64,000 nt of DNA from assembly GCA_020353515.1 (NCBI GenBank), contig CP070695.1, positions 473,173-537,172 of the forward strand. Direction: 5' to 3'. This stretch comes from Candidatus Heimdallarchaeota archaeon (GTDB lineage Archaea > Asgardarchaeota > Heimdallarchaeia > Hodarchaeales > Hodarchaeaceae). The notes under the pieces are model-generated. The model did not search any database, was not told the DNA's origin, and saw nothing but the letters and a program-made list of their open reading frames with translations. The position numbers and the translations under genes are program-made. Below, piece after piece: positions 39,447-49,150 of the stretch. Within the stretch, counting starts at the first letter, position 1; every line of letters begins with the position of its first letter.

Positions 39447-41354
39447 ATGAATTATCATTCATACAAAGAAGCTCATGAGTTATCAATAAAGAATCCCGAA
39501 GAATTTTGGGCTAAGGAAGCAGAGAAATTACATTGGTATACTAAGTGGGAAAAAGTTATTGATGATTTAAATTACCCATTTTTTAGATGGTTTGTTGGAG
39601 GAAAAACCAATATTTGTTATAATGCATTAGATAGACACGCATTAGGATCTAAAAGAGGAACAGCTGCTCTAATTTGGGAATCCCCAGAAACTGATCAATC
39701 TCGTGTCTATACTTATTATCATCTATTTAAAGTAGTAAATAACTTTACTGGTGTTCTGAAAAATCTAGGAGTTGAGAAGGGAGATCGTATTATCATCTAC
39801 ATGCCCATGATTCCTGAAGCAATAATTGCAATGTTGGCTTGTGTACGAATTGGAGCTATTCATTCTGTAGTGTTTGCTGGATTTAGTCGAGAATCTCTTG
39901 CAGGTAGAATTGATGATGCTAAGCCAAAGCTATTACTAACCTGTGATGCAGGAAGTCGAAATGGAAAAGTCGTAAAATTAAAAGAAATTGTTGACGATGC
40001 AATAGAAATTTCGGAATTTGAATTGAAGAATGTAATTATCTACGACCGAGGACTAGATCCTGAATGTCCGAGACAAGAAGGACGGGATCTTGATTGGTAC
40101 GAACTCTTAGAAACTAAAAGTATGAACTATGTAGAACCAGAGAAATTAGATTCCACAGATCCAAGTTATATTCTCTATACTTCAGGAACAACAGGGAGGC
40201 CTAAAGGCGTTGTACGGGATACTGGAGGCTATATGGTCTCATTGTACGCATCAATGAAGCAAATTTATAATTGTGAACCCGATAGAGATGTTTATTTCTC
40301 TACTAGTGATATCGGATGGGTCGTGGGACATTCGTACATTGTATACGCACCTCTTCTCCTAGGAATTCCTACGATCTTATTTGAAGGAACACCAGTATAT
40401 CCCAATCCTGATTCATGGTGGAAGGTAATAGAAAAATATGGGGTCACCTGTGTCTTTTCTGCTCCAACTGCTTTACGAATTCTGAAGAAATTCCCACTAA
40501 AATGGATTAAAGATCACGATTTATCCTCTTTACGGTATTTTTTCCTAGCTGGTGAGCCCTTAGATGAGCCTACTTATTACTGGGCTAAAGAAAATCTTGG
40601 TACGAAAATTGTGGATCATTACTGGCAAACGGAATCGGGGTGGAGTATTTTAACTAGTCGATGTATTGAAGATCTCTCAATAAAACCTGGGGCTGCTGGA
40701 GTGGCAGCAATAGGTTATGACCTATTAGTGGTTGATGAGAAAGGCAATGAAATGCCCCATGGGGAGAAAGGAACCCTTGTTTCACGACCACCCTTACCAC
40801 CAGGGACTTTAATGACTATCTATGGTGATGATGAACGATATAAAAAGACCTACTGGGAGATCTTCCCTGATAAGCAATATTATTATACAGGTGATTATGC
40901 AATTCAAGATGAAGATGGTTATTTCAAAGTATTAGGTCGTGCAGATGAAGTAATTAAGATTGCAGGGCATAGATTAGGCACTCGTGAAATCGAAGAAGCA
41001 GTTTCATCACATGATGCGATAGCAGAAACTTCCTGCATTGGTGTTGAAGATAAGCTAAAGGGTACAGTTGTTATTGCATTTGTTGTTTTAAAAGAAGGTA
41101 TTAAACCGTCAGAAGAACTGAAAAACGAAATAATTCAAATTGTAAGGAGAGATGTTGGCCCAATTGCTGCACCAAAAGGAGTAGAAATTGTTAAGATGTT
41201 ACCCAAAACTCGCAGTGGAAAAATTATGCGTAGAATCATGAAAGGAGTCTATGAAGGGAAGAAATTAGGAGATTTAAGCACAATTGAAGATGATGCAAGC
41301 ATCATCGAGGTAGCTGCAGCCATTGAATTAATGAAAGAAATCAGGAAAAAATAA
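39447..41354 (+). CDS. prpE: Propionate--CoA ligase
   Basis: YTSGTTGRPKGVVRDTGGY, AGEPLDEPT, YWQTESGW, PKTRSGK; follows prpBCD. Confidence 0.85.
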   Translation: MNYHSYKEAHELSIKNPEEFWAKEAEKLHWYTKWEKVIDDLNYPFFRWFVGGKTNICYNALDRHALGSKRGTAALIWESPETDQSRVYTYYHLFKVVNNFTGVLKNLGVEKGDRIIIYMPMIPEAIIAMLACVRIGAIHSVVFAGFSRESLAGRIDDAKPKLLLTCDAGSRNGKVVKLKEIVDDAIEISEFELKNVIIYDRGLDPECPRQEGRDLDWYELLETKSMNYVEPEKLDSTDPSYILYTSGTTGRPKGVVRDTGGYMVSLYASMKQIYNCEPDRDVYFSTSDIGWVVGHSYIVYAPLLLGIPTILFEGTPVYPNPDSWWKVIEKYGVTCVFSAPTALRILKKFPLKWIKDHDLSSLRYFFLAGEPLDEPTYYWAKENLGTKIVDHYWQTESGWSILTSRCIEDLSIKPGAAGVAAIGYDLLVVDEKGNEMPHGEKGTLVSRPPLPPGTLMTIYGDDERYKKTYWEIFPDKQYYYTGDYAIQDEDGYFKVLGRADEVIKIAGHRLGTREIEEAVSSHDAIAETSCIGVEDKLKGTVVIAFVVLKEGIKPSEELKNEIIQIVRRDVGPIAAPKGVEIVKMLPKTRSGKIMRRIMKGVYEGKKLGDLSTIEDDASIIEVAAAIELMKEIRKK

Positions 41355-41405
41355 GATTAATAGGTTGATTAATCTTTAGAATACAACATTTGAGGGAAAT
41401 TAAAC

Positions 41406-42821
41406 GTGAGTAAGATTAACGAACGATCTCTAACACGAAGAGAAATTTTTCTCTATTCTACGAGTAATTTTGGGATTTCAATCATCAATGCCTCAATCTT
41501 AGGCTTTGTTTTATATTTTTACTTGACAGAGGGAATGACTGGACTTACTCTCGAACCTTTAATAATTGGGGCTTTAGTGGGAACTGCTCTCATGGTTGGT
41601 AGGATTGTAGATGCTTTTGTCAACCCCGTAGTTGGTTGGTTATCTGATAATACACGATGGAAAACATGGGGACGTAGGCGTCCTTTTGTCATTATTGGAA
41701 TTATTCCAATGACTGTAAGTTTTATTCTTTTATTCAATCCCCCCATCTTCGCGTTAACTCTTTTTCCAGGCGGTTTGGGGGAATTGATTCTTATTCTCTT
41801 CCTTTTCCTTATAATATCCATCTTTGATGCTTTATTCACATTTGTATTTGTTCCTATTTATGCTCTTTTACCTGAAATTGCTCCGACATCAGAAGAACGT
41901 ATCACCCTAGCCGTTTGGGGAAACATTTTTGCGATTCTCGCAAATATTATAGGTATTGTAATTGCACCTATTATGTACGATGAATTCGGATTCTCATTGA
42001 CGAGTATCATGTTAGGGATCATTGTTCTTGTTACTATCATTGCTGTTCTCCCTATCAAGGAATTACCAGTTGTTGATATGCAAAAACAACCACGAGTATC
42101 TCTTATTGAATCTTTAAGAACTAGCCTTCAAAACAAATCTTATCAGATATTTTTAGTAAATCAGATCGGTATGCAATTTTCGTTCCGAATATTAAATGCA
42201 GTAATGCCTTTCTTCGCGGTTAGTGTGCTTCTTCTTGAGCTCGATGAGCTTATGATCGTAACTGCACCTTGGGTTGTCGTAGCTATAATCAGTTTCCCAA
42301 TTTGGGGATTATTAGCAAAACCTCGATTTCTTGGGAAAAAAAAAGCCTATATTCTTTCAATGATGATATTTACATTCCCTCTTCTCCTTAATTTCTTATT
42401 TCTTGTCTCACCAGGTAACTTGATCATCGCTCTGGTAATGATCTGCCTCATAGGATTCGGGATGGGGGGATTATGGATTTTTCCACCAACTATTGTGGGT
42501 GATATCGTTGATGATGAAGAAAGACGATTGGGTCTGAGAAGAGAATCAATGTACTATGCCTTTCAAGAGTTCACTGAGAAGTTGGCTATCGCTGTGGCCG
42601 TTCTTCTGGAGGGTATAATACTAGGTTTATTTGTTATGGATAAAATTCTACATCCTGATTACCCTGCAGAATTAGGGGTTTATTACTATATCTACAACCC
42701 TTTGGGACCGATTTTACTTATGGGAATTGTAGCTTTCTTCCCAATGTTGCTTGCTTTACTAATTTTCTTTCAGTTCCCTGATGATTTGATCATTGAAGAT
42801 AAAATAACAGTGGAACCCTAA
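41406..42821 (+). CDS. MFS transporter, GPH/MelB family
   Basis: DAFVNPVVGWLSD..WGRRRPF, DIVDDEE..G.RRE. Confidence 0.88.
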   Translation: MSKINERSLTRREIFLYSTSNFGISIINASILGFVLYFYLTEGMTGLTLEPLIIGALVGTALMVGRIVDAFVNPVVGWLSDNTRWKTWGRRRPFVIIGIIPMTVSFILLFNPPIFALTLFPGGLGELILILFLFLIISIFDALFTFVFVPIYALLPEIAPTSEERITLAVWGNIFAILANIIGIVIAPIMYDEFGFSLTSIMLGIIVLVTIIAVLPIKELPVVDMQKQPRVSLIESLRTSLQNKSYQIFLVNQIGMQFSFRILNAVMPFFAVSVLLLELDELMIVTAPWVVVAIISFPIWGLLAKPRFLGKKKAYILSMMIFTFPLLLNFLFLVSPGNLIIALVMICLIGFGMGGLWIFPPTIVGDIVDDEERRLGLRRESMYYAFQEFTEKLAIAVAVLLEGIILGLFVMDKILHPDYPAELGVYYYIYNPLGPILLMGIVAFFPMLLALLIFFQFPDDLIIEDKITVEP

Positions 42822-43145
42822 ATTTTAGAAGTACTCACTCATCGTTTCTTCTCCGCAACAATATCAGCACTAGTAGAATTATTACTATAATAAGCTCTTT
42901 TTCATTAGTCAATCATCCTTCTCATAAAATTCAGGATAGCTTTTGATCTCTACTCATTTATCATTGGTGGTTTAACAATATTTCTTTCTCTCAATTATTA
43001 CAAATACTTATAAGCAGAAAGCCAGTGTATTATTCTGTGATGACTAGTTAATGTAGTCTCAATTTGATATGTGCTTCCTAACATATATCAAAACAGCTCA
43101 ACTAGCTGTTCTTTCTTAATAGTCATCATACAGGAGTTTATGATC

Positions 43146-43412
43146 ATGAGCGAAAAAGATACACCACCATCAGATGTAGAATTGGCGAAAGGGAAAGAAG
43201 GATTAGAACACGTTGAAACTAAAGCAGCAGTTTCGGAACGTAAGGTAGTACTTGTATGTAATAAATGTGGTGCTGAGCAAGATTTCCCAGTCTGTGAGGA
43301 ATGTGGAGAACCAATGGATTTTGAAGAAAGAAAGTTCAGCTGTGCCTCATGTGGGAAAGACGCAGCAGTTCCAGCGCATTGTGGTGAGCCCATGGCTCCT
43401 AAAATAGTATAA
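43146..43412 (+). CDS. Small zinc-ribbon protein (88 aa) with thymosin/WH2-like N-terminal segment
   Basis: AGGAG at 43132-43136 precedes ATG 43146; CNKC, CEEC, CASC and HCGEPM. Confidence 0.75.
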   Translation: MSEKDTPPSDVELAKGKEGLEHVETKAAVSERKVVLVCNKCGAEQDFPVCEECGEPMDFEERKFSCASCGKDAAVPAHCGEPMAPKIV

Positions 43413-43540
43413 GTCTACTTGAACATACTTCCATTTCATACTTATGGTTCCATCCCCATATCAAACCATTATAACTCCATTCCACCCTTTTATTTTTTTT
43501 CACAAAGAATGCTTCAATTAAGAGATTTCATTTCACGTTT

Positions 43541-45223
43541 TTAAATTTGTCCTAATAGTAGAGGTAGAATACCTGTTAATTGAAGGATTAACAAATAGAT
43601 AAAACCAAGTACTAACAATACTGCGCTCAAAGGGGCCATTTTTTTTACATAATCCATAAAAGTGACTGGATGCCCTTCTTGTTGAAGTACTTGAACACCT
43701 ATGACTCCTGTAACTGTTCCAAAGGGAGTAAATCCTCCACCAAAGGTAACTGCATATAAAAGAGTAAACCACAGCAATCCTCCTACAGGAAATCCAAAAA
43801 CTGTCTGGCCAGAAAACTCTGGGTTATCTAGAAGAATGCGAATAACTTCTGCTAACGCAATTGTAATGGGAATATTTGCAACAATAGCACTAAGGATTGA
43901 AATAACCGTGATGATTATGATTGCAAGTATAAGAGGATCTCCACCAGATACCTGAAGCATTATTTGAGCTAAAACCTCAAGAACACCTGAGATTTGCAAT
44001 GCACCAACCAAAACAAAAAGACCAATGAAAAATAGGATTGAATCAAGTTCAATCTCATGGATTACACTATCAATGTCAGCTTTCGTGATAATAATAGCAA
44101 GGATTGCTCCCGTGATTGCAACAAATCCCACTGATAAGCCAATATTACTAGATAATACTAATCCAACTACCACAAATCCTAATACAACTGAACCTAGATA
44201 TAGCTTTCTTCTTGAGTCTACTACTGACCATTCATCCAAGAAACTTACTATTGTAGGATCGATTCTCATATCTTCTGTGACAGTAAGTTCTTTTTTAAAG
44301 ATCAAGAAAATATATCCAATTGATATTGCGATTGCAACTCCGATAAAGACAGAATTGACAAGAGAAAATGTCATAAATGGGATGTTACCAGCTTTCTTAC
44401 TAGCAATCAAGATACCAGGCAGAGAACCTATCACAGTTATTATTCCAGCCATTACAGTGGCTGCAACCTCGGCTAATATGTAGGGTTTAGGATTTAGATC
44501 CAGTCCACGTGTTACAGTGATAGTTATACTACTAAGTAAGATGATAGCGGTTGTATTATCCAGTAAAGCTGATAATATCAAGGTGAGGAAGAATACTAGC
44601 ACTAAGAGTCTTTTAGGTGTTCCCTGAGATGCTTTAATTGTCCGAATAGACACCATATCAAAGAGGCCAGTGTCTGAAAGCACTGCAACAAGTAAACTCA
44701 TCCCAAAAACAATAGATATAACTTCCCATTCGATAAATGAACCAAATAGGGCCACTTCAAAAAAGAGATCTGGAGCCTCTGCAAGTTCTACAAGCTGTTC
44801 TAATGTTAATGGCAATTTTCGACCAATTTCTTTTGATAACTGCTCTGCTGTTAAACTGTCCAAATGTTCATGTTCGAGCCCTCTTAAGTACTCTAAAGGT
44901 AATAACTGGTCGAGAAATATGATCATTAACATAACAGAAAGAGCACTACCAAAAAGAATGACCCGAAGCTTTTCTTCCTCCGCTAATGAAAGAAATATAA
45001 AAACGACAACAAAAAAAAGGACAATCAAAATTTGAACTTCAGTATGAGTAAAAACATGAGGAGGAGCAATAAATAACAAACTCAATATCACAGCTATACC
45101 AGTTAGAAAAATGGCAGGTATTGTAAATTTTTCTGAAACCTTTTCACCTTTGTCATCCCAAACCCAGAGAAAAACGCTAATGACAAAACCAATCACTGAA
45201 ACAATGGTTACCCAGGTTAACAA
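43541..45223 (-). CDS. ArsB/NhaD/SLC13 (P-protein-like) ion transporter
   Basis: FGMSLLV..LSDTGLF, LSALLDNTT, ILFFIGLFVLVG, LSAIVANIP. Confidence 0.85.
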   Translation of the reverse strand: MLTWVTIVSVIGFVISVFLWVWDDKGEKVSEKFTIPAIFLTGIAVILSLLFIAPPHVFTHTEVQILIVLFFVVVFIFLSLAEEEKLRVILFGSALSVMLMIIFLDQLLPLEYLRGLEHEHLDSLTAEQLSKEIGRKLPLTLEQLVELAEAPDLFFEVALFGSFIEWEVISIVFGMSLLVAVLSDTGLFDMVSIRTIKASQGTPKRLLVLVFFLTLILSALLDNTTAIILLSSITITVTRGLDLNPKPYILAEVAATVMAGIITVIGSLPGILIASKKAGNIPFMTFSLVNSVFIGVAIAISIGYIFLIFKKELTVTEDMRIDPTIVSFLDEWSVVDSRRKLYLGSVVLGFVVVGLVLSSNIGLSVGFVAITGAILAIIITKADIDSVIHEIELDSILFFIGLFVLVGALQISGVLEVLAQIMLQVSGGDPLILAIIIITVISILSAIVANIPITIALAEVIRILLDNPEFSGQTVFGFPVGGLLWFTLLYAVTFGGGFTPFGTVTGVIGVQVLQQEGHPVTFMDYVKKMAPLSAVLLVLGFIYLLILQLTGILPLLLGQI

Positions 45224-45385
45224 ATCGTTACAAACCTTCTACTATCCTGAATCAAACTCTGTATAGCAATTCTATTATGTTCTTATATAGCAAACGAAAT
45301 ATTATAAGATTTACTGTCATATATTTGAGAAGTATTTTAAAGAAGAATTTCAAACGTACAAAGGTTAATATCAAATTTTGAGCAA

Positions 45386-46411
45386 TTATTTAAGAAAAGG
45401 ATCTATAATAGACTTTGCTGCTGAATAGGGATCAGTTTTTTTTGTTATAATACCATTTAGTATTTCTTCCCATTTTTGTTTATTCATCAAATTATCAAGA
45501 ATATTTTCAAAAAATTCTACCTTTAAAATCTCCAAGATTTCATTCTTTCTGCGGGTCAATTCGCGTTCATGACTAAAAACCTTATTGGTTTTTAAGTGTT
45601 CATTAAACCTTAAAATAGTCTCTGTCAGTTCAGTAATCCCTGTTTTATCCTTGTTTGAAGTAGAGATGACTGGAATATTCCAATGTTCTTCTTCTTTTAC
45701 AGATGGATCAATACTTAATAACAATTTCAGCTCATTAACTATTTCTTGGGCTCCAGGACGATCTGCTTTATTTACGACATATATATCAGCAATTTCCATA
45801 ATCCCCGCTTTTATTGCTTGAACTGCATCACCAGTTCCTGGAATTCCTAAAACACAGCAGCAGTGAGCTGTTTTAACAATTTCTACCTCACTTTGGCCTG
45901 CTCCAACTGTCTCAACTAAAATGATATCGTATCCACTAGCATCTAAAACACGGATTGCATCCATGGTGGCACGAGATAACCCACCTAAGCTCCCACGAGA
46001 CCCCATTGAGCGAATGAAAACTCCTGAATCAGTCTGTACATCATCCATCCGAATTCGATCACCCAGAAGTGCTCCACCACTAAATGGAGATGTTGGATCA
46101 ACAGCAATTATTCCAACTTTCTTGTGATATTTACGGAATTCTATGGCAAGATTGTTAATTAATGTTGACTTTCCAGATCCTGGAGGGCCAGTTATACCTA
46201 CGATGAATGCGTTTCCTGTTGCATGAAAAATATACTTAATAAAATCGGCACATCTGTCTGGTTGATTTTCGACTAGTGAAATTGCCTGTGCAATGGCACG
46301 TCGATTCCCAGCTAGAACTTTATTAACCAGATCTTGCAATTCAGAGGCTCCAAATATCATCATCCTTATAAAAGTTGCATTTTTAAAAAAGGGGAGAAGA
46401 GTCTCTCTCAT
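45386..46411 (-). CDS. meaB: Methylmalonyl-CoA mutase-associated GTPase
   Basis: GPPGSGKST, DPTSPFSGGALLGDRIRM, ETVGAGQSE, KAGIMEIAD, NKAD. Confidence 0.93.
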   Translation of the reverse strand: MRETLLPFFKNATFIRMMIFGASELQDLVNKVLAGNRRAIAQAISLVENQPDRCADFIKYIFHATGNAFIVGITGPPGSGKSTLINNLAIEFRKYHKKVGIIAVDPTSPFSGGALLGDRIRMDDVQTDSGVFIRSMGSRGSLGGLSRATMDAIRVLDASGYDIILVETVGAGQSEVEIVKTAHCCCVLGIPGTGDAVQAIKAGIMEIADIYVVNKADRPGAQEIVNELKLLLSIDPSVKEEEHWNIPVISTSNKDKTGITELTETILRFNEHLKTNKVFSHERELTRRKNEILEILKVEFFENILDNLMNKQKWEEILNGIITKKTDPYSAAKSIIDPFLK

Positions 46412-46614
46412 AAGAACCTGTCGATAATTACAAGGAGACCATACAAAATCCCAGAAAATACAATTCCTACAATGATTGCAAAACCTGCTGTCAAGATGTC
46501 AACTACAAATAATGCTTGAAACAATGCAAAAAGGGCAATGACCCAGATAATGATTAAACCTGCAATTAGGAAGAATTTCTTCCAAGTTAATTGCTTTAGA
46601 AAACTCAAATACAC
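46408..46614 (-). CDS. Small 2-TM protein
   Basis: AGGAG SD motif; paralogous to 47907..48116. Confidence 0.65.
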   Translation of the reverse strand: MYLSFLKQLTWKKFFLIAGLIIIWVIALFALFQALFVVDILTAGFAIIVGIVFSGILYGLLVIIDRFL

Positions 46615-46639
46615 ATACTCCTTGTGATTTACTTGATAT

Positions 46640-47872
46640 TCAATTCTGTTTCGCTTCTTTATCTTTCCTCCGCTTTAATTTGAGAGAAGTAATTAACCCT
46701 TTTTCTTTCATAACCTTTTTTCTTAAGTTTGATTCGGTCATGGAGAAAAATTTACGCCCAAATTTTTTAACTTTCTTCCAATCGATTGAGCATGCTAGTC
46801 CTGCCTCCTGAGGTAGTTCTAAATACCCTTCTTTTGGTATTATTGGAGACTCTAAAATTCCATCGCGAAATTCTGGTATCCATGAACCTGGTTCATGCGG
46901 AAACTCTAATGGAAATTCACGATCGGTTAGAGCAGATGTATGGAGATTAATCCATAATCCAACACCATTTGTCCATGTATGTGGACTGAACCCGAGATTT
47001 CTATTTTTGACACTATTTATGACTTTTAATGTATCATGAAAACCAAAGACTGTTACATCTGGTTGATATAGATCTAGACTGTCAAAATGTAAAAACATCC
47101 GAGTTTCATGCCACCCAGCGTTTAATTCCGCACCTGCAATTTTAATAACGCTAGCTTTACGCAGCTCAGCATACTCTTCATATTTATGCATTTCTAATGG
47201 TTCTTCCAACCACCAAATATTTTGATCCTCAATTAATTCGACAAATCGTTGAGCACGATCAAGATCCCACGCAGGTATTCGATCTACAATAGTAACTAAC
47301 CACCCTTGATTAGCATCGATCATTAAAGGAAATTCTTGATCCACCTTGGATCGTGTTTCTTTGATAACCTGTACATCGTCATCTAAAGTTTTCGCTTTGA
47401 CCCGAAGTTTAACACCTTTGTAATCAGCCTCTTGTGCTTGTTTGATTACCTTCGCATGCTGTTTTACCTGACATGTCGCTCCAGTAGACCAATAAACAGG
47501 GATGGGGGCATCTTTCCCGCCTAACATTTTCCATACTGGAACATCCTCCACTTGGGCTTTAATATCATAAAACGCTGCTTCCATCCAATAATTACGCCAA
47601 CCCAAGAACGAAGCTTCAGTTACTCGTTGATGAGCAAGATCAAGATCACAGGGATCCAAACCTAAAATATAAGGGGCTAAAAGACCCCCCAAACCCTCAC
47701 GCTCTTCCCCAAATGCCACCCCTGCTGCAATTCCAGTAATATCAGCATCTGTTGATAATCGAAGAAGAGTGAACCGATTGTGAGTCTGAGGATAGCCTGG
47801 AATCCACGAGGGATAGAATGTAGATTTTAATGGGATTGAAATATGAAACAGTTCAACTTTAGTTATTTTCAA
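46640..47872 (-). CDS. Mandelate racemase/muconate-lactonizing (enolase superfamily) enzyme
   Basis: PVWKMLGG, KLR, DANQG, EEP, GAE, QPD, PH, LEFP. Confidence 0.88.
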   Translation of the reverse strand: MKITKVELFHISIPLKSTFYPSWIPGYPQTHNRFTLLRLSTDADITGIAAGVAFGEEREGLGGLLAPYILGLDPCDLDLAHQRVTEASFLGWRNYWMEAAFYDIKAQVEDVPVWKMLGGKDAPIPVYWSTGATCQVKQHAKVIKQAQEADYKGVKLRVKAKTLDDDVQVIKETRSKVDQEFPLMIDANQGWLVTIVDRIPAWDLDRAQRFVELIEDQNIWWLEEPLEMHKYEEYAELRKASVIKIAGAELNAGWHETRMFLHFDSLDLYQPDVTVFGFHDTLKVINSVKNRNLGFSPHTWTNGVGLWINLHTSALTDREFPLEFPHEPGSWIPEFRDGILESPIIPKEGYLELPQEAGLACSIDWKKVKKFGRKFFSMTESNLRKKVMKEKGLITSLKLKRRKDKEAKQN

Positions 47873-47906
47873 AGCTTATCACTTGAAATTGAAAGGGGTC
47901 TAGAGT

Positions 47907-48116
47907 TTAGAATATTCTTTCAACGATCGCAATGAGAATCAAAAGCACTCCAGTTGCAATGACTCCAATAAACAAGGCGAAGCCTATAGTATTCATGTCA
48001 TTATTTCCGAAAGCATTAAAAGAAACAAATGCGACAGATGCCCAAATAATCAATAATCCTCCAATGAGGAAGTACTCTCTCCACGTGAATCTGCTCAAAA
48101 ATCCTTTATCACTCAA
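47907..48116 (-). CDS. Small 2-TM protein
   Basis: GAGGT SD motif; paralogous to 46408..46614. Confidence 0.65.
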   Translation of the reverse strand: MSDKGFLSRFTWREYFLIGGLLIIWASVAFVSFNAFGNNDMNTIGFALFIGVIATGVLLILIAIVERIF

Positions 48117-48283
48117 ATAAACTACCTCACACTAAATATTCCAAATGAGAAGTTTTTCTATCTTTATTTTATGGATGTATATAAAACTAGGTATTAATCT
48201 GTTGTATTCCTTTTATTCCATGAAAAAAATCTAGATTCAGGTATTGAACTCAACTAGAAATTCTTACACCACAACATATCTTA

Positions 48284-49005
48284 CTAATCTATTGTATCTG
48301 TGATGGTATCCTCAGTAATTGGAAAATCAAAATGATAAATTTTATTCAGGAAAGCCAAGATCCCTGCAATAATTATCGTATAATACCCCACATTCATCAC
48401 TAAGTTAATAAAGCTGGAAATAACCACTGTCTGCCAAATATCCTGATTAAAAACTGGAGTTAGGACAAAAAGGGAGAACGAAGTAATCTGGGAAAAAACG
48501 ACAGCACAAACAAAACTTACTAAAAGAATTTTTACATGTGGCGTAAATATAGATAAACTCCTCCTAGGTTTATAAGTGCTGGAATTCCCTTCATTCTAAA
48601 ATTACAGCAATATTTATCGTAATAGAGGTATAAAAAACTCGATGCAATTCCTAATCCTAGATCTCTGACAAAATTTGACAAAGAAATCTGAATCCACTCT
48701 CCTGTGATGAGCGGAATATCTATCCAAAAGTAACTGCCCTCAGGAAAAGGAATTATGCCTGTAAAATAATATTCTACTAACCAAAGACTTTCTATAAAAA
48801 TCAGGAATTGAGAAACTCATAAAATCACAAATAGGATTAAGAAGCGGCCATAAAGTAGCTGAGTAGAGATTCTCTGTTTGGAAGCTTGCATTAGCCTTAG
48901 TTGCTTAACCTTTTCCCGCTGTATAATTAGAAAAAACACTATTATGGCAAAAAACCTAGTAATCTGGATAAATGAATAAATTATTACTTCTGGTGGAATT
49001 TCCAT
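48284..49005 (-). pseudogene. Disrupted multi-TM membrane protein
   Basis: Frame continues past TGA at 48817-48819 (VSQFLIFIESLWLVEYYFTGIIPFPEG...), then shifts frame near 48540-48600 (..PHVKILLVSFVCAVVF..DTID*). Confidence 0.65.
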
Positions 49006-49150
49006 ATTTATTTAATTCTAGTTGGAAATAAAAACCCTTTCATCAATTGAATTGAGGAAAATAAAGAGGCTTCCCTAAAATCTTCATACTTGTTTCCATT
49101 CTCAGGCTCATTAAAAAAGTAGTATGTATATTCTTGCTAAGTAAATATTA

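Noticed and set aside
43071-43145. Longer GTG-initiated N-terminus for the zinc-ribbon protein
   Set aside because: SD position supports ATG 43146; the extension looks like promoter/UTR sequence
48817-48819. TGA read-through (Sec/Trp recoding)
   Set aside because: TGA is the normal stop for many genes here, and the same gene also has a frameshift
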